NCBI GenBank assembly: GCA_965207445.1
Contig: CBDBLX010000002.1
Location: 1,047,849 to 1,111,848 of the forward strand
Length of the DNA stretch: 64,000 nt
From: Nitrosopumilus sp.
GTDB lineage: Archaea > Thermoproteota > Nitrososphaeria > Nitrososphaerales > Nitrosopumilaceae
Reading direction: 5' to 3'
Notes under the pieces: model-generated
What the model saw: the letters and a program-made list of their open reading frames with translations, nothing else
What the model was told of the DNA's origin: nothing
Database searches by the model: none
Translations under genes and position numbers: made by a program
Shown here: positions 21,769-31,815 of the stretch, in pieces
Layout: the number at the start of each line of letters is the position of its first letter
Numbering within the stretch: the first letter of the stretch is position 1

Positions 21769-22128
21769 TTATTCAAAGTTATATTCACGTATTATAGATA
21801 TTGCATTATCACTTAATCTAATAGTATAATTTCTTGAATTTGGGTCTGTCTCTTTTGATTGAGCTAGCGTTTCTGTAAATGCCGTCTTTTTTTCATCAAC
21901 TGCACCTGATTCATGTGCACACAAGTTGAATGCTTTGAGATTTAGATTTTTTTGTAACATATGTTCGATGAATTTTTTATATGCTGTGGGGTTATCCCAT
22001 GACACGTTTCGTTCATTACATGCTGCTATCCAGACATCCACAGAGTTGTGGAATGCCACTTTTTGGCGTAAATCTTCTAATTGCATTAAAAATCTGCCCG
22101 TTGCATCTTTGATCCACATCTTGGACAT
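21769..22128 (-). CDS. Thaumarchaeal hypothetical protein
   Basis: 119-aa ORF with a globular-looking composition (FHNSVDVWI, FNLCAHE). Confidence 0.65.
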   Translation of the reverse strand: MSKMWIKDATGRFLMQLEDLRQKVAFHNSVDVWIAACNERNVSWDNPTAYKKFIEHMLQKNLNLKAFNLCAHESGAVDEKKTAFTETLAQSKETDPNSRNYTIRLSDNAISIIREYNFE

Positions 22129-22412
22129 GTACCGCCTTTGTGTTTGTGGTTACACACTAAACAGACATACTTGATTCCACCTGAACCTGTTTGTGAGCCA
22201 AGTCCAAAAAATCCACCTCTTCCATTATCTGAACTAGATGATCTATAACCCCGCATACGGTTTGCGTATTGGCGCCTAAGTAAAAGTGGAAATGCTATAA
22301 ACAGACCAATGGCAACTACAAGCCCGATTGGAAATGGTAGTATTATCTGTAATACAATACTTACTGCAAGGGATGCAAATAAAAATACCAAATATTTTTT
22401 GTAAGAAAACAT
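22086..22412 (-). CDS. Small membrane protein with a C-terminal zinc ribbon
   Basis: Two TM helices, then CLVC...CPRCGS. Confidence 0.75.
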   Translation of the reverse strand: MFSYKKYLVFLFASLAVSIVLQIILPFPIGLVVAIGLFIAFPLLLRRQYANRMRGYRSSSSDNGRGGFFGLGSQTGSGGIKYVCLVCNHKHKGGTCPRCGSKMQRADF

Positions 22413-22526
22413 AAAACAATTTTACTTGAAACAAGTTATAAAGTTTGTGTCGTTGTGAATGTTGCTCAAAAATATAAGATCATGTTAAATTTATGGTGTG
22501 CAATATTAACTCTTACTATATTGTTC

Positions 22527-22607
22527 GTAACCGTTCAACCCCCGTATCTGCACCAGAAGTTAGACGATGAATCTGTGCCTAAATTTGAGAAGGGGTTGAA
22601 CGGTTAC
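22527..22607. mobile_element. MITE family B, copy 2
   Basis: Perfect 16-bp TIR GTAACCGTTCAACCCC / GGGGTTGAACGGTTAC. Confidence 0.88.
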
Positions 22608-22779
22608 CTACCTTCGATCAGTCTGTTTTAAATAGACGATAGCGCAACATATTACATGTCAAATAAGCAAGTTGAAGAGATTGAAAAAGACGTGAAAGAT
22701 CTGTTTTATAGGGATCAGGAGTTGCCCCAGCCATACGCAGTACCTGTTCCGATAGGCGACGGGATAAAGACTGGCAAGC

Positions 22780-23259
22780 CTAGGCCTCCGCCCGACGATC
22801 AAACCTGAAGTGTTGTCGTAGTTTTGTCATCATGCCCGGAATCTTCCGGCTCAGGTATACTTCGTGCTCGTCCATCCACTCATAGTACTGGTAGGCCTGT
22901 TTCGGCACCGAACCGTCGGTCTGTTGATCCTGCATACGCTTCGCGTTGGCCAAAAATTCGTTATGCATTTTTATCCGCTTGAAGATGTTTTGCGTGGGTT
23001 GCTGTAGATTTGGTTCCAGAAAATTGATTTTCCCAGAGGAGATCAGACTGTCGTAAAAATCATGATTTAGATACTTGCTCATGAAATACAGGGTTTTCTT
23101 TCCTGAACGGCCTTCCATGTCCACACGACCAAAATTTTTAGGAGGTTTGTCATAGTCCAGACTGCGTAGCGTGTCCCAGAGCTCAAGATACAGGTTTTGA
23201 GACGCCCGCATCTTTTCGCTGTTTTTGTCCTTGAAATGCTTGTATGCAGATATGAACAC
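22780..23259 (-). CDS. Hypothetical protein in GC-richer cargo, N-terminus possibly frameshifted
   Basis: 159-aa ORF with no recognised motif. Confidence 0.45.
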   Translation of the reverse strand: MFISAYKHFKDKNSEKMRASQNLYLELWDTLRSLDYDKPPKNFGRVDMEGRSGKKTLYFMSKYLNHDFYDSLISSGKINFLEPNLQQPTQNIFKRIKMHNEFLANAKRMQDQQTDGSVPKQAYQYYEWMDEHEVYLSRKIPGMMTKLRQHFRFDRRAEA

Positions 23260-23554
23260 TGTGAGGATTGTGGCAACTGCAGCCGCGCTGCCCAGCAGGT
23301 TGTTCTCTATCAGGTTGGAGAAGATCCACTAAATAGGTTCCATGTATGTCTTTATGCCAAGAGCAGTTTATGAACATGACGATCAGGTGGATCTGCTGGC
23401 GTGCAACAGTCCATGGCCGATCCCATCATTTACGCGCAGGAAAAATACCGTGCAGCCACAAGTATGAAAAAAAAGGATGAGGGATATTGTAAGCGTCCCG
23501 TTTCGCTTTCTGTCGTCATCACAGGGAACTAGAACCCACTGCGGGTTTTACTCC

Positions 23555-23950
23555 CTTTAGACCCGCTCACCCATAGGGTTCGAGTCCCTTTTTGCCGCCT
23601 GCTCTAGTACGACCTTGCCGTTTGGCAGCACGCCTATGAACCTACAATTCTGCGTCATGATAAGATGTTCTGCAGTGTCTGCATCTGCAACTAGCTGGCT
23701 ATTGCTGCAACCTGACCTGTTATCTTGCTGGTACGTTGTAGTACCTCTAGCACAAGGTCAAGCTGCTCCGGTGTTGCACTCTCAATTGCCGCCTGGGCCT
23801 GTCGCTTGTTCTCTAGCAGGTGGTCTGCATTGTCGGCCTGGTCCAGAAGATCTTTTGATCGTCCAAATGCATCTCGCGAGGTTGGTGCGTAATTCATCAA
23901 ATTGCCACCTGTATCGCACTTGCAAAGCCATCTGCAAATATCGCCAGAGT
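23555..23950 (-). pseudogene. Possible C-terminal remnant of an archaeal integrase-like gene
   Basis: Two frames; the second reads LVADADTAEHLIMTQNCRFIGVLPNGKVVLEQAAKRDSNP, resembling archaeal integrase tails. No catalytic motif is visible. Confidence 0.3.
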
Positions 23951-24255
23951 TTTATGTGCATATATTTAATAAGCTCATATATAAAAGTATCTGCGCGTAT
24001 ACCAAAAGTGACTTATAGGGGCATCCCAATTGAATAATTGTGATGTCACCAAAGGGGATGCTAAACAACGTTGACTAGCCAATGTTATCAACGTATCGTT
24101 TGTGAAGTGCGGTAGAACGACGACATATGGTGGGTTGTCACAACATACTATGCTACACAGAATGACACCCATTACAATGCATGGTTTGTGATGAATGTGG
24201 TGTCTGCTTGTTGTTTGTGTAAATTTAGTGTGTGGGTTTCAAATAAGAACAAATT

Positions 24256-24654
24256 ATGGAGGCAGACCGTACAGTGACAGATCAGCACAAGCGACGCGAA
24301 GGTTATTGGACGTATTACGAGCAGGCACGTAAATCTGAGCAGGATTTTATGCGCAAGATATGGTTGTCGGCGATACGGAAAAACCCACATCCGTGCAAGG
24401 AAAAGAAGACAAATAGGGGATGTAAGCCTGTACACTCGCGTGACAAGATGGATTTTTTGTATCTTTTAAAAGTTGCAAAAAATATTCCTTTTCGTGACGT
24501 GATAAATGATCTTGTACATATGTATGATGAATGGGTTGACGAGACGAAGCCTGATTATAGTTGGGTAACCAAACATATGCAAACAATTGATCTCGATTGG
24601 CTTGATTCTATTTTGGCATATGCTGCCAATATGTGTCTAACTGAACTTAAAAAA
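24256..24654 (+). pseudogene. Transposase N-terminal fragment (IS5/ISNCY-like), truncated by MITE-B
   Basis: WTYYEQARKSE, RGCKP, PDYSWVTK; the ORF runs into a MITE-B. Confidence 0.55.
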
Positions 24655-24735
24655 GTAACAGTTCAACCCCCGTATCTGCACCCGAAGTTAGACGATAAAT
24701 CTGTGCCTAAATTTGAGAAGGTGTTGAACGGTTAC
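24655..24735. mobile_element. MITE family B, copy 3
   Basis: Near-identical to 22527-22607. Confidence 0.88.
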
Positions 24736-25004
24736 TAACAAAATATGATCACAGGTCAATTAGTTGAGTAATTTTCTGACCAGATGCAAAAAATAATCAA
24801 ACATGTTTTCAACATTTTGGGCACTTTCTCACATATCGTGTTTATCATTTAGATTTATGTAAATTCGATCACAGTAATGATCGGTGATCGCTGTTGCTGT
24901 GTCTGTATACATACTTACAGAATATGGGTTTAACTGTTACGTGGATGGAGGCGTTTTGATTTAACACCCTAACGTTAAATTATTTCAACTCTGATCAAAT
25001 TTTT

Positions 25005-25073
25005 TAAACCAAAATTATCACAGTATATAATCATAAGAATTTAAGTGTCCACTTCAAAAAGCAAAATAGTTAC
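25005..25073. repeat. IS66-type end motif ending AAATAGTTAC (other copies 28826-28862, 31694-31769, 63926-63955, 3421-3450)
   Basis: TAAACCAAAATTATCA...AATTTAAGTGTCCACTTCAAAAAGCAAAATAGTTAC recurs in direct orientation; its reverse complement starts GTAAC. Confidence 0.75.
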
Positions 25074-25079
25074 AAAAAT

Positions 25080-25712
25080 TTAGAGTGCTGATGCTACCTT
25101 TGTCAGGTCTGACAATGTATAGGCAGCAGAGATCAGCTGTATTTGGGTCCTGTCGTCATAGAAGATCAGCTTTGATATTCTTCCGTTTTCAGGATCCCCG
25201 TCCACGCCAACGGCATCAAAACCGTTTACCACGACACTCTGAGTGTGGGGACGTTCCCGCAGGACATCCGTGCGCCACTTTTTAATGTCAAAATCATCGT
25301 GCACTCTGTCGTACAGTATGATGATCCCATGAGAGTCCATCACGTCTCCAAACGTCTCGAGTTTGTTGTAGTCTATGGATTCCGGTCCGTAGATCACCGT
25401 GGCCAGTCTGGCCCTTTCTGATGCGGTTCCCTTGGTCATCAGTGCCTTGACTTCCAGACCGGCCGGAAGTAGCGTGGACTCTGTTACCTTGTAATGCGTT
25501 TTTGCGGATAACTCCTCTACATTTGGATACGTCATTCCATACATTTTTTCCAGCTCAAAGGAGTACGGCACTTTGGCGGCGGCAAGCGACTCGGAGTATT
25601 TTCCAAGATACGGTAGGTCTTGCGCCTGCGACGCGTCTTGCACCCAGGCAAACCCGGCGCTGGTAATTCCGACCGAAACCGCCAGAGATATAACCAGAGT
25701 TTTTTTCAGCAA
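25080..25712 (-). CDS. Secreted/membrane-anchored hypothetical protein (DUF4367-like C-terminus)
   Basis: Signal-like TLVISLAVSVGITSAGFAWV; VVVNGFDAVG...LTKVASAL; TTG start overlaps the upstream stop. Confidence 0.55.
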   Translation of the reverse strand: MLKKTLVISLAVSVGITSAGFAWVQDASQAQDLPYLGKYSESLAAAKVPYSFELEKMYGMTYPNVEELSAKTHYKVTESTLLPAGLEVKALMTKGTASERARLATVIYGPESIDYNKLETFGDVMDSHGIIILYDRVHDDFDIKKWRTDVLRERPHTQSVVVNGFDAVGVDGDPENGRISKLIFYDDRTQIQLISAAYTLSDLTKVASAL

Positions 25713-26424
25713 GTCTCGGACCCTCCTACGCCAACCTTGATGTTTTTGTAAGCGGGCGTACATTGGGTTATGAACCCGCCATTTGTGTCGTATTCTTCAT
25801 CGTTGTATGTCCAGTAACTCCACCTGGAACCGTCATGCACTTTGATGTACTTTACGTCTGTCTTGGGAACTGACGTATCGTCATCTATGGATTCAACCCC
25901 AACGACCACATCTCCGTAAGTACTATTCATGATGAGACCGGCTCGTTTGTTACCACTTTGATATGCATGCCACTTCATATCCTTGTTCGTGTCTGATATT
26001 TCATAGTATATGTTCTCAGACGGGATGACGGATCCGCTCAGTCTATGTTCGTAATAATTGCCATCTTGCATGTATGCTACGTAGTGATGTTCTTCGGAGT
26101 TATAGCATATTTCATCTATTTGTCCTGATGCCACTCCGATCTCTATCCAGTCACCGTTGGGAAAGAGAACCCAAGTGGCTACCAGCGAGAATCCATCGCC
26201 GTTTGGCGAGCATGAATCTGATGTTGTCATGTCGGGAACCGTCACTCTTGCTTTGACGCCTGATGCACTAAATGATTCTGTGCTGTGGATCTCTTGAGTT
26301 CCGAGGCATTTCCCAAACCAGCCCCAGTATCTTCAGCAGAAGTCGAGCTGGCCGAGGGGATCAACACCACTCCCAACAGGATTGGAAGCACGGTCAAGAT
26401 TGTTTTTGTGCGTTTTGCAGTCAT
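25706..26424 (-). pseudogene. Secreted neprosin/glutamic-peptidase-like protein, one frameshift near 26290
   Basis: Signal peptide MTAKRTKTILTVLPILLGVVLIPS in one frame; GVKARVTVPD...WIEIG...VGVES in the next. Confidence 0.45.
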
Positions 26425-26440
26425 TGCACACCCTTGCACC

Positions 26441-26487
26441 CTGTGTTATATAATGAGGTCTACCCAGATCTGGAGTGCCTTTTGGTC
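26441..26487 (-). promoter_or_regulatory. TATA promoter plus conserved upstream element, shared with 44784-44830
   Basis: TTATATAA lies just upstream of the ATG; 41/47 identical to the second copy. Confidence 0.7.
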
Positions 26488-26632
26488 ATTGGGTCTGAGA
26501 GATTGGTGTCTAATTCCGATCCACAGGTAAGATCCTTTCTTTCAGAAGATATTCACAGAACTATTTTCGATTTACGCACCAATCCCGGTTTTCCCAATCA
26601 ACATTTATTGATCTGTACAAGTTCGCTTCACG

Positions 26633-27113
26633 TTGATGAAGAAGAGAAAGAAGCATTTTACATTCAGATTAGATGAGGATTTGTACGATGAATTGGAGAT
26701 GGAATCAGAAAGAAAAGACATCACACCACCCATGCTGATGGACAAACTAACCAAAAACCATCTGACACGTGACAAATTTTTTGACGAGTTAGGATTTATT
26801 CCAGTATCCACGGACTGCCTTAAAGTCATCCTAGAAAAATTAGATGAAAAAATGCCGAACTTGATGGCGAGAGCATCAGCAACACCAAGATAGGGGAATA
26901 CGTCACTTATTTCTATCATAAAAATGATAGAACAGCTTGTTGATTTTTCTGGAATTGTACCTTTCCACCCCGAAGATTCAGAAAAGAGAACAACAATGGC
27001 ACTGTATCGTACACTATACACCACATTAACAAGAATTACTCGTTGTTCTTGAAAGGAATGCTGTTTGGCGCCATAGAAAAAACGTTGAAGACAAGAGGAG
27101 TAAACCTAGTGGA
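26633..27113 (+). pseudogene. Ribbon-helix-helix regulator (thaumarchaeal type); in-frame stop, 3' end cut by IS630
   Basis: HFTFRLDEDLYDELEMESERKDIT RHH motif; TAG at 26891; coding-like sequence continues to the IS end. Confidence 0.65.
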
Positions 27114-27773
27114 TAGTGATTTCATTAAAGATCCGATAGTTTTTACAGGCGATTTCGGCTAGGCAGGAGGGTATGGAGTGGAAAAATAAACGTAATTGGC
27201 ACTATGTGTAGCAGATACCGTGTGGTGGCCAGAAGAGAGACGAGGAATTGGGTGTGTATGTCAGTGGCAGGTATTGGGTAACTTTTGATCATTTGGTTGA
27301 ATTAATTTGACCTTGAGTGTCAAAAGTCGATGTGGCCATTAGTGTTTAATGAATCCCCACAAAATGGTACATCGACTAGTATTCGCCGATGCCATATTTA
27401 ACGACTCTGCAGGCAGATCGTCTTGTGGCATCGACGAGGTGCGTATTTTTTGAAGACAGCCTATGTAGAAAGAGGGGACGGGTTCATGCCCGACGTGTCC
27501 CTGGAAGATCTAAAAGCCGCCTACCGCAAAGAGCCTCCGGGCAAGTCCCGGGACAGACTGCAGGCAGCAGTTGGGCGAAAAAAGGGCAAGAGTGAGTCTG
27601 CAATAGCCGCCCAGCTCGGACGCAGCCAGAGCGTCATATCCGAGTGGTTCAACAGGCTACAATCAGAGGGCTTGGAGGGCAGATATGACCGCAAGAGCCA
27701 CTGGCAGGCCGTGCAGACTCACAAAAGAACAACAAGAACAGGCAAAAGCCGATCTGAGTAGAGAGCCGATGCA
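27114..27773 (+). mobile_element. IS630-family element, partial copy (one TIR plus the HTH region)
   Basis: Reverse-complement homolog of the 5' part of 41589-43259; ORF 27423-27761. Confidence 0.88.
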
Positions 27774-28001
27774 TAATAGTTTCATTAAAGATCCGATAGT
27801 TTTCTAATATTTTGTATTCATAATATGTGCTCAACTTCGAGATGAATATCAATCAAAATATAGGATCTTTAATCATATTAGTATGCATAATAGTTTCATT
27901 AAAGATCCGATAGTTTTCTAATATTTTGTATTCATAATATGTGCTCAACTTCGAGATGAATATCAATCAAAATATAGGATCTTTAATCATATCAGTATGC
28001 A
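27771..28001. repeat. Tandem duplication (period 114 bp) of an IS630-derived MITE
   Basis: Each unit is bounded by TTAAAGATCCGATAGTTTT and AAAATATAGGATCTTTAA. Confidence 0.85.
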
Positions 28002-28059
28002 CAATACGTCAGATCATCACGATGCGTCACTCACGGTGCGGGGGAAGGTATATTGACAC

Positions 28060-28632
28060 TTGGCGGTGACACAAGCCATGGCCGTAACATACACCGAGAG
28101 GATAGGTAACATCTTTGTTGACAGGAACAAGAGATGTGGCGCGGGCGCCGATGACACTGTCATTATCTCCAGGACATCCATGGCAGAAGGCAGGCAGGCT
28201 GTCCGGACAAAGGCAGGCAGGCAAGCAGAGATCCGGCTCAGGCGCGGCATCGCACTGCGTCACGGGGACATACTGGAAGGTTCGGACCCGGCAGCCAAAA
28301 CTGCGAGAAAAAGGACGCTGGTGGTAAAGCAGGCCCGTGAAAAGGTCATACTGGCAAAGTTTCTTGCTTGGGATCCAACTGAAAACTATGATCTTTATTA
28401 CAACCTGACGTATGAGACGCCCCTGCAGGTGGGCCACATACTGGGCGAGATGCGCAAGCCCCTCTCGATCAGGAAGGACGGGGATGCGGTCTCGTTTCCC
28501 ATACGAGACAACTCGGAGCTCAAAGAATTTGAGAAAAAGATCCGGGGGGTGAGCGGCGACGTGGAGGCCGAGATCACAAGAGAAGTATTCATAGAGGGAC
28601 TCCTAGACGAGAGCCACTACGGGGATTACTGA
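28060..28632 (+). CDS. Urease accessory protein UreE-like, divergent and orphan in this window
   Basis: RQAVRTKAGRQAEIRLRRGIALRHGDIL UreE N-terminal pattern; VGHILGEMRKPLSI in place of GNRH. Confidence 0.65.
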   Translation: MAVTQAMAVTYTERIGNIFVDRNKRCGAGADDTVIISRTSMAEGRQAVRTKAGRQAEIRLRRGIALRHGDILEGSDPAAKTARKRTLVVKQAREKVILAKFLAWDPTENYDLYYNLTYETPLQVGHILGEMRKPLSIRKDGDAVSFPIRDNSELKEFEKKIRGVSGDVEAEITREVFIEGLLDESHYGDY

Positions 28633-29164
28633 CAGGGACATTTCCTAGGATGCGGCCGGCTTGGGTGCCTGACAGGATGCGCCTAAGGCGGACTCCCGCG
28701 CATTGGAGTGCCCTGGCGGCAGAGGATCATATGCGGCGGCATGGGCGCGTAACCACGGCGGCGGGCGTCTCTCGTGTGGACCGTCCGCGCACCATGCCCA
28801 CTTCAACCGCGTTTTCAAGAGAACCGAATTTAAATGCCCACTTTACAAAGCAAAATAGTTACGACTGAACCGTGATCTGAGATGCACTTTACAACGCCCG
28901 TCCCGATGCCAAGTCCAACTTTGAGCATGCATTTAGACGTCTCATCTGCATATAAGGGCAAATTCTGCGAGAATGCAAAAAACAACTGGGCACACGGTCG
29001 CCTACTTGTCAGTCTGGCAGATCTCACGTGTTTTTAATGATCATAATTCAGTAAACAAAAGATATATCAAGATCCCACACTATACATTATCATCGGTAAA
29101 GGAGGACCGTGATGGTTCGTCGAGCTCGTCTTTGATCTCGCCTTTCCGGACATTATTCTCATTA

Positions 29165-29945
29165 TCATACCCACTTGTCATAGCTTGGTATGACATACGG
29201 CTCATACGCAATCTTGCCGTCTCTGTCAAAGAATCGCTCTATCTGCCTGAACCTGTTACTCTTCTGCCTTTCAAAATGGCCCCAGATCGTCCTGCTGCAT
29301 ACGTCAACCAGTTGAATTCCAGGACTCATCTCAGAGGGAAACATGTGGACTGCGTTCAGTACTCTTTCCAGCCTGTCTTCTGCCACAAACGGGAGTCCAC
29401 TTCTTTGGGTGCGCCTTCTTTCCTTTCAATTCATGGATCAGATGCCTCACTTCTTTGTCTTTTTGTGTTCATCTTCATCCACAACCACTGATCCCACGTG
29501 CTGTCCACGTTCCAGATACATGGAGAATCTGCGAATCGTAGACCTCATTGCAAATATGCGGGGGCTGTATATGTTATCATAATATACTTTTTTCATATGT
29601 GCCTTGTTTATGACAGTTGCAAAAATCACCGGGTTTGACGATGAAATTATATCAAATATTTTATCGGAGAGTTCCTTGCGCTGCCAATCTTCGAGATGTG
29701 AAAACATGTTCGTGCCAAAAATTATGTCGTGATAGTTAATCTCATAATGCCTTTTTGGCATATTCTCGTGCTTACGTTCCGGAACAAATTCTGCCAACAA
29801 GTCCCTGACATTTTCAGACGCCTTCATATCTGCCTCTGGTTCCAGAACTAGGCCTGCCTGCACGTACCACTTTACCCTGCTTTTTCCAAACGGCGGAGGC
29901 CAGCCGGTGTCGCCTGTGGCATCCAGATAGATTGTCTTTGCCGCC
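29165..29945 (-). pseudogene. DUF3800-family protein, frameshifted near 29450
   Basis: TIYLDATGDTG N-terminal motif; SEMSPGIQLVDVCS C-terminal QxxD motif in the second frame. Confidence 0.65.
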
Positions 29946-30351
29946 AGTTAGTTCACACTCCGAGACCTTTTGTCATCTGTTGATTTCATACAGACATCTG
30001 CAGTGGATACTGGGGTATCAAGACGCCACCCCGATCCTTGCAACGGCATGTTCAAGCTCGTATCTCTCTTTCTTTTCCCTGCGCAGTACAGCATTGTACT
30101 TGTCTAAGTCAAGGTACTTGTGTGTATGTTTGCAGTCAGTATGCCAACAATATCACCTAGTCTGCACGATACTAAATACTCACACAATACCTGATATCAC
30201 CAAATATGTGTGCCATATTTTTTTGACCTGCTTGCAACAGTAACACATCAGTCCCGCATGATAACAGCAGCCATTAGAGTATGGAAGGTGCCAACGATTA
30301 ATGCAGTAGAATCCTCAGAAAAAAACAATTTAAAGAAACGGTTACCATGAT

Positions 30352-31098
30352 ATGGGCATGGGAAACAAGCCATGTTTGAAAATAGAAGAAAAGTGGCTTT
30401 TGTCAATTATAAATATGTTTACATATATTGAGGGAAGGACGAGACTGCAAAAAATTGGACTGATCTCTTTTTTTGAAGAACTTCAAGACGAAGCATTCTT
30501 TGATGACTGGAGGCCATACAAATACGGGGGATACAGCCGCCGCTTGGCGGCCAGTCTAGCACACAAAAAATTGGACTGGAAGAATCGGGGCACATCCGAT
30601 CCGATGAAGTGCTTGACTGTACAGGACAGTGTTTGCAGATATTCGCTGACCGAACTAGGACGGCAAGAAATCGGGGACTTTTCTAGAATGAACGCATCAA
30701 AGATCAACGACCTAAGACAAACCATATCATATTACCAGTCACTTCCATTGAAAGAACTTTTGAATGCAGTTTACCAAAAATACCCACACCTTACAAAAAA
30801 CAGTGAGATTATTGCAGACGTAAACAAGACCACGGATCTCAATTTGCACTCTGTATACGAGCCCACTGATCCGCCCCGATCAGGACCGTCAGAAATGATT
30901 CCCGCGTCCCCTCCAGCAGACCGGCACGTATTTGGAGACTTGGATTTCAGAGAAGAGCTGGCAAAATCCATCGGGCTGGAGGGGGTTCCGGACTTGGATC
31001 CGCGGTCCTTTGATCGCATCAAGGGATTGTGGTCCAAACGAATGGGCGCGGAACCGTTTGATGCCGTGGAGGCGATCAGAGAAGTGAGAAGTTGGTAA
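30352..31098 (+). CDS. Panacea-like antitoxin with VapB-like tail, paralog of 9428-10153
   Basis: GRTRLQKIG...FFDDWRPYKYGGYS...HVFGDLDFREELAKSIGL...DAVEAIREVRSW. Confidence 0.65.
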   Translation: MGMGNKPCLKIEEKWLLSIINMFTYIEGRTRLQKIGLISFFEELQDEAFFDDWRPYKYGGYSRRLAASLAHKKLDWKNRGTSDPMKCLTVQDSVCRYSLTELGRQEIGDFSRMNASKINDLRQTISYYQSLPLKELLNAVYQKYPHLTKNSEIIADVNKTTDLNLHSVYEPTDPPRSGPSEMIPASPPADRHVFGDLDFREELAKSIGLEGVPDLDPRSFDRIKGLWSKRMGAEPFDAVEAIREVRSW

Positions 31099-31649
31099 GA
31101 AAGACATACCTTGACTCGAGCATACTGCTCCCTGATGGTCGGTCCAGAAAAGGAATCAGACCAATTCCGAATGGCCACGGGAATCCTAGGCGAGATCAAA
31201 AGCGGCAAGATCGTGGGGGGTTGTGTCTCCACTGGCACTGATGGAGGTGGTGACTGTTTTGCGCGTGAAAAAAGGCCGGGAAAAACGCATTCTGGACGAA
31301 CTACCATTCGATGAACGGCTCGAGTACATATTGCGCGAAAGCAAGTAGATGCATGATGATTTAAGCGGAGTTGGTGCGGATGCCACACCTGAAATTCGAG
31401 CAGGGTGGAAGACGCATGGATGCGGGCGCCATCATGAGGAATGCCCTGGATATCCTGCGTGGCACCACAGGAAAGTTACAGTGTGGAGGGAATTCCATGT
31501 TCCGGGGGGTGGGGCCTGCAGACGTGATTCATGCCATGCTGGCAAAAAGAGCAGGTTGTGACGAGCTGGTGACTTTTGATACGGGCTTTGAAGAACTGCA
31601 CACGTTTGACGAGTTTGAGGACTTGAAATTTCGAGTCATGAAATGGTAA
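31092..31649 (+). pseudogene. PIN-domain (VapC-like) toxin, several frameshifts
   Basis: KTYLDSSIL start, ALMEVV in another frame, C-terminal GPADVIHAMLAKRAGCDELVTFDTGF. Confidence 0.75.
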
Positions 31650-31693
31650 ATCTCATTTTGCTTGCGACAAACGGATTCACTGCGTTTATGCGC

Positions 31694-31769
31694 TAAACCA
31701 AAATTATCATATACATATATACATAATCATAAAAATTTAAGTGTCCACTTCAAAAAGCAAAATAGTTAC
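31694..31769. repeat. IS66-type end motif, direct repeat of 25005-25073
   Basis: Near-identical apart from a short indel. Confidence 0.75.
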
Positions 31770-31815
31770 GGGGAAAGGAAGAAACATACACACATAACAT
31801 ACACAGGTCACTTAT

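Noticed and set aside
22527..22607. MITE-B as an integron attC site (AAC...GTT palindrome)
   Set aside because: The ends match the IS66 TIR at 51323, the RYYYAAC/GTTRRRY fit is poor, and no integron integrase is present.
22656..22808. 50-aa ORF MSNKQVEEIEKDVKDLFYRD...
   Set aside because: It may be a real gene fragment, but it is short, overlaps a convergent ORF and has no recognisable motif.
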